64,000 bases of DNA from Nitrospirota bacterium (GTDB lineage Bacteria; Nitrospirota; UBA9217), in the NCBI GenBank assembly GCA_963749655.1, contig CAVVOB010000024.1, positions 32,001 through 96,000 on the forward strand, in the 5' to 3' direction. The notes under the pieces are model-generated. The model was not told the DNA's origin, ran no database searches, and was given only the letters and a program-made list of their open reading frames with translations. The stretch's first letter is position 1. Each line of letters begins with the position of its first letter. A program made the translations under genes and the position numbers. This document shows, one piece after another, positions 21,999-31,638 of the stretch.

Positions 21999-22433
21999 TC
22001 ATTGCTGTCTCCTCAGAATGGTCGTTATCCTGTGCTGATTGGGTTGATTCTTGAATGTCCAGACATAGTTCAGGGTCAACTGCTTGGTGTTCGCATCTAT
22101 GTCCACCACCGTCCTCGTGGAGGTATAGGTCACAGGGGCCGATCTGATCATGCTCGTCAAGCCAGGTTCGGCCGAACCGCTCGGGCTGGTGGCAAGAAGG
22201 TCGTTGGCAACGGTCGTTGTGGTGAAGGGTAGATTGCGGAGCTCGCCCATGCGTTGTTCGGCCAGCGATATCGCCTGATCCCGCATGGAGTTCTGGACGT
22301 TCATTCTCGTTGCCAGCAGCGAGGCCTGCATGAGCGCCAGGCACGTGACCATCAGTATCATCAGCGCGATCATGAGTTCCAGCAACGACATGCCTTTTTT
22401 ATTTCGCAACACAGTCCGCTCCTTGCATGGCAC
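21999..22433 (-). CDS. pilV: PilV-like minor pilin
   Basis: G/MSLLELMIA, AEQRMGELRNLPF. Confidence 0.85.
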   Translation of the reverse strand: MPCKERTVLRNKKGMSLLELMIALMILMVTCLALMQASLLATRMNVQNSMRDQAISLAEQRMGELRNLPFTTTTVANDLLATSPSGSAEPGLTSMIRSAPVTYTSTRTVVDIDANTKQLTLNYVWTFKNQPNQHRITTILRRQQ

Positions 22434-22920
22434 CGATGCTTATCCTCGACGGATACACCAGCATGCAGTCATATTCGGGTCCCGATCCCCGCGTATCGAA
22501 AGAAATCGACAAGACGGTCGTGGCCGGCGATGAGGCAATCTGGCCGTTCGTATTCAGGATAAGGGTCCCGCTCCACGAGGATGCATACGCCAGCGGCACC
22601 GCAGCCTGGTGGGCATCGCCCGGTGACGGGTCCAGGGTTTCGTTCAGGTTCGTGTCTTCAATAATTTGATAGTTCGCTGACTGTATCACGCCATAATACA
22701 TGCGTTTTTGCTCCATGGCTTTCAGCCGCGCCTGCATCAGGTCGACCTGCATTTTGCGGATCTGCCCTTCCACACGATACCGGGTCATCCATTGCTGATA
22801 ACTGTATCCGGCGATGGCCATCAGGACCGACAGGATCATCATGACAACGACCAGCTCCATCAGAGTAAATCCCTTATCGGCCGTCAATGCTCTGCGCTCC
22901 CGTGCGTTTTCCATTCCCAT
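22399..22920 (-). CDS. fimU: FimU/FimT-like minor pilin
   Basis: G/FTLMELVV; start re-assigned to the ATG overlapping the pilY1 stop (TAATG). Confidence 0.8.
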   Translation of the reverse strand: MGMENARERRALTADKGFTLMELVVVMMILSVLMAIAGYSYQQWMTRYRVEGQIRKMQVDLMQARLKAMEQKRMYYGVIQSANYQIIEDTNLNETLDPSPGDAHQAAVPLAYASSWSGTLILNTNGQIASSPATTVLSISFDTRGSGPEYDCMLVYPSRISIGAMQGADCVAK

Positions 22921-25900
22921 TACCGCTCCCGCACATGAATGACCCGCTTCGACGGCGACGGGCTGCCCAGAACGGACATCCCCTGCGCTTCCGGGGGCTT
23001 CCCTTCCATGGCAGCCGATTTTCTGCCGCCTGCGTCGGTAAAGGCGCTTGCCAGACTCCGCTGTTCGATGGCGCCGGTGGAAACCTGGATAAGAATGTTG
23101 CCCTGCAGCAGATTGGCGGGCGGACCGCCGGTATTGTATTGAAGAGCCCAGATGAAGCTCTTGCCGCCGAGATTGCACTGATCGGTGTACGGTTTGTAAG
23201 ACGTGAAATACACGATGCCGCGGGTCGACGCCAGCGGGTCCGTGATCACCCGCTCAGCCATGAAGTTGACTGCCGAATCGGGCGAATAGGTGTAAATGCC
23301 CGACAGATCGAGGCTGATATACCAGCCTTTGACCGATGAGCTGTTGGCGCTGCTTGTCGTGGGGACATTGGCAACGTCCGTGACATTCGTGAGGTCGCTG
23401 AGCGTCCTGCTGTCGGTGCATGTATTATGATAGCCCCCGCCGTCGAAACAGGGGTCTTTGACCGCTAAAAGGTACCGTTGACCGTTCGCGTCATCGATGC
23501 CCATCTGTTCCACATAGTAATAGCGACCGGTGCCGAAATAGGTCCAGAGAATATGATTGTCGTTGTCCACCAATTTGCCAACGGCGGTTGTAATGGGGCC
23601 TGCCGCGCCGCTGAAGAACGTATTCCACGACCAGTTGCCGGGGGACGGGTCCTTTTTGGTCAAAAGCCTTAACACCCCGCCGTCCGTCCACGTGCCCAGC
23701 GAAGTGTTCTTCTTCGTAAAGGGAACATAGACGATCTCATCCTGATAGTCCTGGGAGACCTGGTCCACATCAAGGGAACCGTTGGCCAGGGTGCCTGAAT
23801 AAGCGTTCGCAATGCCGGTGTCGATCGTCCGTATGAGGGCTCCTGTTTTGAGATCTAGAATGAACAGTCTCAGGTTCTGATCGGAACGGCCCATGAACTG
23901 GTGGCTGCCGCTGTCGATGGGTCCCGTTGGGCCCGAACCGATGACCACGAACCAGTTGCCGCTCGCTTCCTTGGTCGATGCGCCGGAAATGCTGCCGTTG
24001 ATCCGCACCACCGCTGCTCCGCTCGTTGCGAATCCAAGGGTTTCGTCGGCAAACTCCCACAGGAGCTGCGGATTATCCGCATCGGTCACGTCAAGCGCGA
24101 AATAAGAGGAATAGCCAAGCCCCTTGGAGCTGTCGGCAGGATCGGTCAAGGGCGTATTCACGCAGTCGGTGCCGCTGTCGTTACATACGGACCCTGTTTT
24201 TCTGCACGCGCCGCCGAACCGCATACCGCCGATGAGCACGGTCCTCCAGTGGCTCACGACCCGCTGCGTATTGGAGACGTCGGCCGAGCCGGGAGCGCCG
24301 ATGCTGGCATCGAAGACAATGGGCGTGAGGTCGATGGAATAGAGGTGGCAGTATCCCGGATCAGCCATGTATCTCAGGTAGGGAAGCGCGTTCTTCGGGA
24401 TAAAGGCCCACACTTCCTGGCCGCATGTGGGCACGCCGCTCGTGCTCGCCGTCGATGAGCTGCATACCTGGCCGGTGATCGGGTTCACCAGTCTTGCCAC
24501 GTCAAAGGAGCCCTGGCCGGTCCACTTGAGCTGCAGCTGCCCCAATTTGAAAGCATGCAGCATTCCGTCATTGCCTCCGGTAAAAACCGTCCCCCGCTGC
24601 TTATACGTCGAGGTTGTGAGATAATGCGTTGAGTCTACCGGGTCTTCCAGCTTGGCGTCCTGGCCCGGCATGCCGTAGGTGCTGTCATTATAGGTTTTGT
24701 GATAGGTGTTTAGCGCGGTCCAGGAGGCGATCTTCGGCGTCGAGTTTACGATATCTCCGAGCTTCCACACACGGGCCGTGGTATCGACCGACTCGATCTT
24801 GACGGTCCGCCTGCGGTAGACGCCCCCATCTATTCCGTGCACCCAGTTTATGAGATTTCTCGCCTCCGCTGCTGTGGCGGCCTGCAAGTAGGGCTGCAGG
24901 GTGGAAGTGTTGTCGGAATCTCCGTTCCGCGTGTCCGCGGAAAAGTTGCCGGACAGATAACTCGTACCGGTGACGGAGGTATAGATTTTTCGTTTCGAGA
25001 AATCGGACTGCGTGTTGTTGAAGACGTTCCTTTTCCATAGAAGAGTGCCGGCCTCCCACAGGGTGGACAGGTTTTCAAAATCAATGTCCGGCGACAGCTC
25101 CGTTCCGATGACGCCGTTGCCGGCCGGGTCTTCCCACCGATGGGCCTTCGTGATTCCCGTGGTTTTATCGTAAAAGAGGCTCGTGATGTAGTCTTTATGC
25201 GTCCCGTCCCCCGTTTGAAGATGAAGGATCTTGTCTCCGTCGTCCTCCCGCATGTTGGTTGTCGAGAAGAACGGATCAACATAGTACCAGAGGTTCGACA
25301 GCCTGCCGGTCCATGATATTTTCTCGAACGCGCCGCCCGAGCCGATGGACGAATTCCAGAAGGACCTCCTGGGATAGAAAACCGCCTGGATCAGGTTCGC
25401 ACCGCTGCCCTCGCCCGAGGCAAGCACCGAGGCCGCGGTACCCGAGGCCGCGGCCGCCGCGATCTGGCCGAAAGCCGCATCGAGTTCCTTGTTGAGCAGG
25501 GAAAGGTCGGAAACAGGATAGAAGCTGCCGCCGCCGTTGTAAGCGGTTGCGCTCATCAGGTTGTAGGGATTGCACAGACCGGCCGGGCTCGTGGTGATCA
25601 TCGAGCCGGAGTACACCACGTAGGTGTTGATATATTCGCTCGAATTCGTCGGCGCGGCCGTTGTTGTGGCCGATGTCGAGAGCGTCTTGATGTTCAGGTG
25701 ATTGCCGACCCACGCCAGGGTCGAGAGGCTTCTGCTGCCGCCATAGGACGGGCAGCTGTTGGAGGTATCATAGCCGCTCGCATTCGGATAGGATGACGTA
25801 TACGAAGAATAGAGGGAGGCCAGCGATTCCGATGCGGAATTACGGTCGGCAGTGGACATACCGTCGGTTATGATCATGATGTTGTTCTTCTGGCACCGCA

Positions 25901-28346
25901 TCTGCGACGGGTTCTTATTGGTAACGTAGCCCGCGGGAAGGCCCGAAAAATTAAAGTTCCTGCTGGGCGGCGGCGATGCGGTGTAGTTGGGATCGTTCAA
26001 CCGGGCATAGTAGCCCATGGCATTGTAAAACGCCTCTGCAAAAGGAGTCCACGAGGATGCCTGAATGTTGTCGACGACGCTAATAAGGCCTCCCGTCGTA
26101 TGGCTGCCGACCGAGGCGTCGCAGGTTTCCGAGGGAGGGCAATCGGAGTCGACGGCGCATTCCTGCGACTGCGTGGCCGAACACTTGCCGTTGCCCACAT
26201 AGGACCACAGGGTCTTGCAGGTTTCGCCGGAAGGGCAGTTGGCGTCAGCGGAGCATTGTTTGTCCGTTGACAGGGAGCACATTCCCGGGAAGAAGGCGCC
26301 GTCTGTCTTCGTTAACGACCCGCAGGTATCGCCGCTCGGACAGTCCGCATCGTTATAACAGACCCTCGTACTCATTGCGGAGCAGACCTTGGGACAGGGA
26401 ATCGCGAAGATGCACTTACCGCCCGATGGACAGGCGGCGTCCGCGGTGCAGGACGTGCCGGCGGAATTGGAACAGTACCCGTTCTGATTGCATTCCGTTG
26501 CGGACCCGTTGTTCTGGAACGCCATGGCTCCGAAGCGGATGGAATTCTTATATTTATCGATCAATCCCGTCGGCGGCCACACAGCTTGCGTGGAATCATA
26601 GACCGCCACTTTGAACCCCTTCACTCCGCCGGCGGACGAATAGTCGTTCAGCATCGGCATTCCGCTCACGCCGGACTCCGTTATAAAGCCGGGAATGTTC
26701 TGAACTGCGGTAGGCGCCACGGTCCCTGATTGAGGATCAGTCACCCCTCCCGCACCGCCGATCGCCTGGCAGAAATCCTTGTTCTCCGTGAGGGCGCATG
26801 CATCGTTCCACTGGCCTGTAACGCCGTTATAACACAACCCGAGAAACCCCAGCGTGTTGCCGTCAACCAGCGAGGCGGGATGGGACAAAACGCTGGAACA
26901 GACGGCATCACCGGCATCAGGGTTCGTGATACTGACGGAGCTGATGAGGCTGTAATCCGCGGTGCAGGCATTTTCCAGAGGCTGGAGATTGGAGAGGCCA
27001 TGCCCGTTGTAATACCAGAAACAGTCGTGAATCACCTGGTTCGCGGCGACCAGCGTCTCGCTCGAGGGATTGCAGCCGTTCGTCGACGTGCCTCCGGCCA
27101 GGCAGCACTTGGTGTCGTTCTGGAGTGTGCCGAGATTCGTAGTTGTCACGGTCATCCAGTCGTTCACCGCCGCAGTGCATGCGGCCGCATTATACCTGCC
27201 GCCGTATATCTCGATGAACGTCTGGCCGTATTCCGTGGCCTGGCTTGTAATGCTGGGCATCCAGTTAAGGCTCCCTCCCCTGACGCCGAACGTCAGATCG
27301 AGGCAGGCCCGGCACGGTCTTGATGAATTTTCTTCCTGAACATCCGCGCGATTCCGCGGAAAGGGCGCCCGGCGACGGGCTGTTCGGGTCAGTGCTGTTG
27401 ATATACTTTGCCGCCGGTCAGGAATCTTTTTCTCGATGTCAAACTTGGACATCGTAAGCCAGTTGAGAAAGTTGCCGGTTGCGACGAATTGGTTTAGGCG
27501 GTGACGGCCGGAAGCCGTGTTGATGCACACAAAGGGACTTGTAGATGATGCTCCGCCGTAAGTGCACGACGACGGTATTGCGGCGCCGCCGTCAAATTCG
27601 TCGTACGCACCGCGGGACGAGGAGCACGTCGTCAATCCCTGGAAGGTGCTGTAGCAGTAACTGGTCGTCTGATTAAAATAGCCGTCATACCTGCCGACGC
27701 AGGTCTCGCCTGAGGGACAGTTCGAATCGGTAGTACAGATCGTGGTCCTGGTCGAGGAACAGACCTTCGTATTGTCGTAGGTGTTATCGAAGCAGGTGTG
27801 GCTGACCGTGCATTTGTTATTGCAGATGTCGCCTGTGGTGATAGCGTTGCACGTCGAGTCCTGGGTGCACGATATGGGCGTGTAGGTCACCTGGTTCGTG
27901 GTGATGGTCGCCCTCTTGCATTGGTTCTTATGAGCGCCCTGCGACATGCATTCATCAGTCGATCCGTACTCTGTCGTGCAGTAGAGATCCCCGGCTGCTC
28001 CGGGGGTGCAGGCCGCAGGCGTGGTCGATGAGATAGTTGTGGTCGTCGCGCTCGCCAGACAATAGGCCGTGCCGGAGCATGTCGTTCCGGAATTGCAGGC
28101 CGTGTTCGGACTGTTTGCGCAATAGAGGTGCGACGTATCCGTATAGACCAGATCGGCCATACTGGCAGAGTTGTCGATCATGAGCAGGAGGTTCGGCAGC
28201 AGACTGCCGCCCACATAAGGCGGAGTCACGCAGTAGTCATTCATCTGCGCTGCGCCGGCCGCTTGAAAAGACGAGAGACAGAGCATGATCAGAATTGCCG
28301 GCCCAATGATATTCAGTCTTTTTAAAAAATTTCTGAGGTATAACAT
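22920..28346 (-). CDS. pilY1: Large PilY1/PilC-type adhesin A (~1800 aa) with cysteine-rich inserts
   Basis: GGAGG RBS, signal peptide, DNSAS MIDAS, WTPFAEA, IITDG, LGDIVNSTP, GGNDGMLHAF; compensating indels near 27300-27420. Confidence 0.9.
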   Translation of the reverse strand: MLYLRNFLKRLNIIGPAILIMLCLSSFQAAGAAQMNDYCVTPPYVGGSLLPNLLLMIDNSASMADLVYTDTSHLYCANSPNTACNSGTTCSGTAYCLASATTTTISSTTPAACTPGAAGDLYCTTEYGSTDECMSQGAHKNQCKRATITTNQVTYTPISCTQDSTCNAITTGDICNNKCTVSHTCFDNTYDNTKVCSSTRTTICTTDSNCPSGETCVGRYDGYFNQTTSYCYSTFQGLTTCSSSRGAYDEFDGGAAIPSSCTYGGASSTSPFVCINTASGRHRLNQFVATGNFLNWLTMSKFDIEKKIPDRRQSISTALTRTARRRAPFPRNRADVQEENSSRPCRACLDLTFGVRGGSLNWMPSITSQATEYGQTFIEIYGGRYNAAACTAAVNDWMTVTTTNLGTLQNDTKCCLAGGTSTNGCNPSSETLVAANQVIHDCFWYYNGHGLSNLQPLENACTADYSLISSVSITNPDAGDAVCSSVLSHPASLVDGNTLGFLGLCYNGVTGQWNDACALTENKDFCQAIGGAGGVTDPQSGTVAPTAVQNIPGFITESGVSGMPMLNDYSSAGGVKGFKVAVYDSTQAVWPPTGLIDKYKNSIRFGAMAFQNNGSATECNQNGYCSNSAGTSCTADAACPSGGKCIFAIPCPKVCSAMSTRVCYNDADCPSGDTCGSLTKTDGAFFPGMCSLSTDKQCSADANCPSGETCKTLWSYVGNGKCSATQSQECAVDSDCPPSETCDASVGSHTTGGLISVVDNIQASSWTPFAEAFYNAMGYYARLNDPNYTASPPPSRNFNFSGLPAGYVTNKNPSQMRCQKNNIMIITDGMSTADRNSASESLASLYSSYTSSYPNASGYDTSNSCPSYGGSRSLSTLAWVGNHLNIKTLSTSATTTAAPTNSSEYINTYVVYSGSMITTSPAGLCNPYNLMSATAYNGGGSFYPVSDLSLLNKELDAAFGQIAAAAASGTAASVLASGEGSGANLIQAVFYPRRSFWNSSIGSGGAFEKISWTGRLSNLWYYVDPFFSTTNMREDDGDKILHLQTGDGTHKDYITSLFYDKTTGITKAHRWEDPAGNGVIGTELSPDIDFENLSTLWEAGTLLWKRNVFNNTQSDFSKRKIYTSVTGTSYLSGNFSADTRNGDSDNTSTLQPYLQAATAAEARNLINWVHGIDGGVYRRRTVKIESVDTTARVWKLGDIVNSTPKIASWTALNTYHKTYNDSTYGMPGQDAKLEDPVDSTHYLTTSTYKQRGTVFTGGNDGMLHAFKLGQLQLKWTGQGSFDVARLVNPITGQVCSSSTASTSGVPTCGQEVWAFIPKNALPYLRYMADPGYCHLYSIDLTPIVFDASIGAPGSADVSNTQRVVSHWRTVLIGGMRFGGACRKTGSVCNDSGTDCVNTPLTDPADSSKGLGYSSYFALDVTDADNPQLLWEFADETLGFATSGAAVVRINGSISGASTKEASGNWFVVIGSGPTGPIDSGSHQFMGRSDQNLRLFILDLKTGALIRTIDTGIANAYSGTLANGSLDVDQVSQDYQDEIVYVPFTKKNTSLGTWTDGGVLRLLTKKDPSPGNWSWNTFFSGAAGPITTAVGKLVDNDNHILWTYFGTGRYYYVEQMGIDDANGQRYLLAVKDPCFDGGGYHNTCTDSRTLSDLTNVTDVANVPTTSSANSSSVKGWYISLDLSGIYTYSPDSAVNFMAERVITDPLASTRGIVYFTSYKPYTDQCNLGGKSFIWALQYNTGGPPANLLQGNILIQVSTGAIEQRSLASAFTDAGGRKSAAMEGKPPEAQGMSVLGSPSPSKRVIHVRER

Positions 28347-28458
28347 AATGTCCTCCAGACGAATCCCTTGGAGACCAAACACGGCTGCTCAAACCAAATC
28401 TTATAATCCGGGACCTGTTTTCTTATAGCTCCAGCGGTGGTCCTCTTCAGTATAGTAG

Positions 28459-28671
28459 TGCATAAAACATGCTTAACAACGGCTACCTTTTTTCAATAGC
28501 TTACAATCTTGCCATCATCACAATCCGTCAGAAAACCGACTAACGTAACGAGTGAGAACACATCTGTAAATTGAATTTGCCCCGGCCAGTTGAATGGAAC
28601 GCCCCTGTTCCTCACTTTTGCAACGCAGAGTAAACATAATGTCTATCGATTTCTGTCAAAAAATGCTGACA
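28459..28671 (-). promoter_or_regulatory. Possible degenerate sigma54 promoter and enhancer-like palindromes for cluster A
   Basis: AAGCATGTTTTATGCA (AG in place of GG at -24) at 28459-28474; TGTCA-N8-TGACA at 28654-28671; similar GTC-N8-GAC near 28527-28540. Confidence 0.35.
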
Positions 28672-28797
28672 ATATAAGTGTATTCGCTTCTAGTATAGCA
28701 AAAGAAGGATTTTATTGATTCAGTGAGCAAGTACGGGGATTGCGACGACGAAGGTCTTAGATAGGTGTGTACAAGAAAGGACCCGGCATGTAACTCA

Positions 28798-29673
28798 TTA
28801 CATAACGATAATGCCTGCGTATGCAACAACCTGTTTAGTATCGCCGCTTACTTCGCCGGAGTTCGTATATTTTATCAGCTCTGCTTTAGTCGCGCCGAGA
28901 GCCTTGGCTGCTGTAAGCATGGCAACAGCCGGACCATAACCGCACATGGTGATTCCGTGGCTCCTGACCGTCTTGTAGAGACCTGCGGGATCAAGGTTCA
29001 GGATGTCGTGAATGGCTTTGAAATCTTTTGTACGGGCGGAATCCGCGTCCTCGTAGTGGGTCATATCGGAGCTCGCGACGATAAGAACGTCATGAAGCGC
29101 TGATTGAGTTCCTTGAAGTTCAGATTTCAATTCAGCTTTCCGCATGGAGACTTGTCCGGATCTGATCGGGGATTCCACAACGGCCTCCCCTATCGCGCGC
29201 CCGAGTTCCTGGCATGTTTCCAACCGAGTGTCGAGCATCTGGATCGGTACGATCCTGCAATCGGGTTTAAGGTACTGGATAAAGGGCAGTTGCACTTCAA
29301 GGGAATGCTCCCGGAGATGAGCCAGCGTGTCGTCCTGCACGCGGGGAGACCGGGAAAGGATCGAACGGGCCAGGACTTCGTCGATCGACACCGTGCCCAG
29401 GGGAGTTTCCCACTCTCCCGCGGACATCAGCGAAACAGGCGCGCCGAGGCCTGTATGGTTCGGTCCGATGAGAACAATGGTGCCGGGAAGTTCGATGCTT
29501 GAATAGACCGCTCCGGCCACGGAACCTGAATAGATCAGTCCGGCATGGGGTGAAAGGACTGCAATGGCCTGCCTGCGCACGGAAGCAGGATTGATGAAGG
29601 AAGCGACCTGTTTCCTGAGCGCTTCAGGAGAACCTTTATAGAATTGCCCTGCAACTGCCGGATGCCGGAGCAT
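28798..29673 (-). CDS. AmmeMemoRadiSam system protein B (MEMO1 family)
   Basis: PAVAGQFY, PHAGLIYSG, GPNH, EHSLEVQLPF, ASSDMTHY, TMCG. Confidence 0.92.
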   Translation of the reverse strand: MLRHPAVAGQFYKGSPEALRKQVASFINPASVRRQAIAVLSPHAGLIYSGSVAGAVYSSIELPGTIVLIGPNHTGLGAPVSLMSAGEWETPLGTVSIDEVLARSILSRSPRVQDDTLAHLREHSLEVQLPFIQYLKPDCRIVPIQMLDTRLETCQELGRAIGEAVVESPIRSGQVSMRKAELKSELQGTQSALHDVLIVASSDMTHYEDADSARTKDFKAIHDILNLDPAGLYKTVRSHGITMCGYGPAVAMLTAAKALGATKAELIKYTNSGEVSGDTKQVVAYAGIIVM

Positions 29674-29849
29674 GACCGCCTCATCAATAAAACTGCAAGG
29701 TCTGAAAGGAACTCACGGACAGCGATAAAATCGGATATTTATGGTTCTTTTCTTTATTATACAACATAGATCATCAAGGAAAGGCGGCTGCGGATAATTT
29801 CATCGGATTTTCCAGCGGTCGATGATGGCCAGGCGGTTCTGCCGGGGGG

Positions 29850-30677
29850 TCAGGCTTCCTTGTTCGATTCCAGGATCTTTTCCGTGGTGCCTTTGGACCG
29901 CCTGTCAGAATACTGCTTCAACACATCAAGAATATGCGGCCTTTGAGAAATGATCTCCCTGAGCTTGTCCTCGGTCACTTCCAGGATTACCGAGTCCTCG
30001 GCGGTCTCGACGGTCGCTGTCCGGGGCTTGCCGGTGAGGAAGGACATCTCACCGAAAAAATCGCCGGACCGCAGAACAGCGAGTTCGACGCGATCGCCCG
30101 ACAGCATGGTCGTAAAAACCTTCACGGACCCGATGGCGATGATATACACCGATTTTCCCGCATCGTTCTGCTCCACAACGCACACCCCGGAAGGAAGGGG
30201 GTGGACGTTCATGACCCCGGTAAAGGCGTTGAATTCCTCTTTTGAAAAACCGGCGAACAAGGGGATCACGCTGCTGCCGGACTGCTTCGGTGCGTCCTGT
30301 TTCACGGCCCCCTGATTCGCGGGTTCCTGTTTCGACGGCTCGGCGCGGTTTTCCTTCACCGCCTTGTTCGAGTGAAGCGCCTCGATGCGCTCCTGCGCCT
30401 GCTTGTTGCCAGGCTCGATCCTCAGGGCGAGCTTGTACTGCGCCAGGGCCTTGACCACCGCCCCCTGTTCCGCGTAGAGGTCGGCGGCGCGGACATACTC
30501 CCGCGACGCCGCGGGTTTCTGGTTCAATTTCTGATAGGCGTCGCCGATCCGCACGCGGATGATGGGATCGGGCTCGAGGCGGAACAGGTTCTCCATGTCT
30601 TCGATGGCCGTTTTCCAGTTGGATTTGGCCAGATGTTTTTGAATGTTTTCCGTCAGCTGCGCTTTCTCTGTCGCCAT
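29850..30677 (-). CDS. TPR-like plus cyclic-nucleotide-binding domain protein
   Basis: Helical N-terminus; cNMP cassette GDFFGEMSFLTGKPRTAT; no HTH. Confidence 0.85.
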   Translation of the reverse strand: MATEKAQLTENIQKHLAKSNWKTAIEDMENLFRLEPDPIIRVRIGDAYQKLNQKPAASREYVRAADLYAEQGAVVKALAQYKLALRIEPGNKQAQERIEALHSNKAVKENRAEPSKQEPANQGAVKQDAPKQSGSSVIPLFAGFSKEEFNAFTGVMNVHPLPSGVCVVEQNDAGKSVYIIAIGSVKVFTTMLSGDRVELAVLRSGDFFGEMSFLTGKPRTATVETAEDSVILEVTEDKLREIISQRPHILDVLKQYSDRRSKGTTEKILESNKEA

Positions 30678-30735
30678 GCAAAGACTCCGATCTGAAGAGA
30701 CACTGCCCCTTCCGTCGTACACGAACGTCCGCTGA

Positions 30736-31517
30736 TCAAATCATCTCCCGTACTTTCTCCAGCGTGCTCTTGACGCGCTCTTCGTGGTACTTCTGCAGCA
30801 CTTCCTTGATGCGCGGCCTTTTGTCGATCATTTCGTTGAGATTGAGCTCGGACACTTCGAGCATGTCCGATTCCTCGATCGCTTCCACGGTCGCGGTCCG
30901 GGGCTTGCCGGTGAGAAAGGCGATCTCGCCGAAGAAGTCGCTGGCCTGGAGGGACGGCAAGCTCCACCCTCTTTCCCATGATCGTCGCAAAAATCCGGAC
31001 AGCTCCGCGGGTCAGGATGAAAACCGATCTGCCTGCGTCGCCTTCCTTGATGATGGTCTTGCCCGCAGGCAAGGTATGGACGATCATGCGCTTGGTGAAG
31101 TCGTTGAACTCTTCCTGCGTGAGGTCGGAGAAGAGCGGGATGACGCTTCGCGTGGGCTGCGGCGCGCCGTCCTCGATCGGCTCGAGCTTCAGCTCGGCAA
31201 CGGTCTTGTTGGAATGGAGCCCCTCTATCTTTCCCTGGGCGTCCTTGCTCGCGGGATCGAGCCGGAGCGCCAGCTTGTACTGCGCCAGGGCCTTGACCAC
31301 GAAACCCTTTTCCGCATACAGGTCGGCGGCGTGAATGTACTCCTTCACGGCCTCGGGCTTCTGGTTCAGCTTCTGGCGCGCATCGCCGATCCGCACCCGG
31401 ACGATCGGGTCCTGATCAATGGCAAAGAGCTTCTCCATTTCCGCTATTGCCGATTTCCAGTCGGCTTTCCGAGATATTTCTGGACATTCTCCTGATCGTT
31501 GCTTTTTCCGATGCCAC
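30736..31517 (-). CDS. TPR-like plus cNMP-binding domain protein, paralog (frameshifted)
   Basis: GTG start with GAGGAGG RBS; DPIVRVRIGDA, KALAQYKLAL, DFFGEIAFLTGKPRTAT. Confidence 0.85.
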
Positions 31518-31638
31518 TGACGACCTCCTCGTGAAGCGTCGCTAGTATACATTAATCGGACTGACACGGTTCGGCGATGAACTTGCAGCACGGTCTGGGG
31601 CAAAACGGCTCTGTACCGAAATGAAGCGTCTGAACCGC

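Noticed and set aside
27300-27420. Arg-rich odd segment in PilY1-A as a variable or phase-switch region
   Set aside because: Other frames restore plausible PilY1 sequence (LTGGK, ESRGCSGRKFIK), indicating compensating indel errors.
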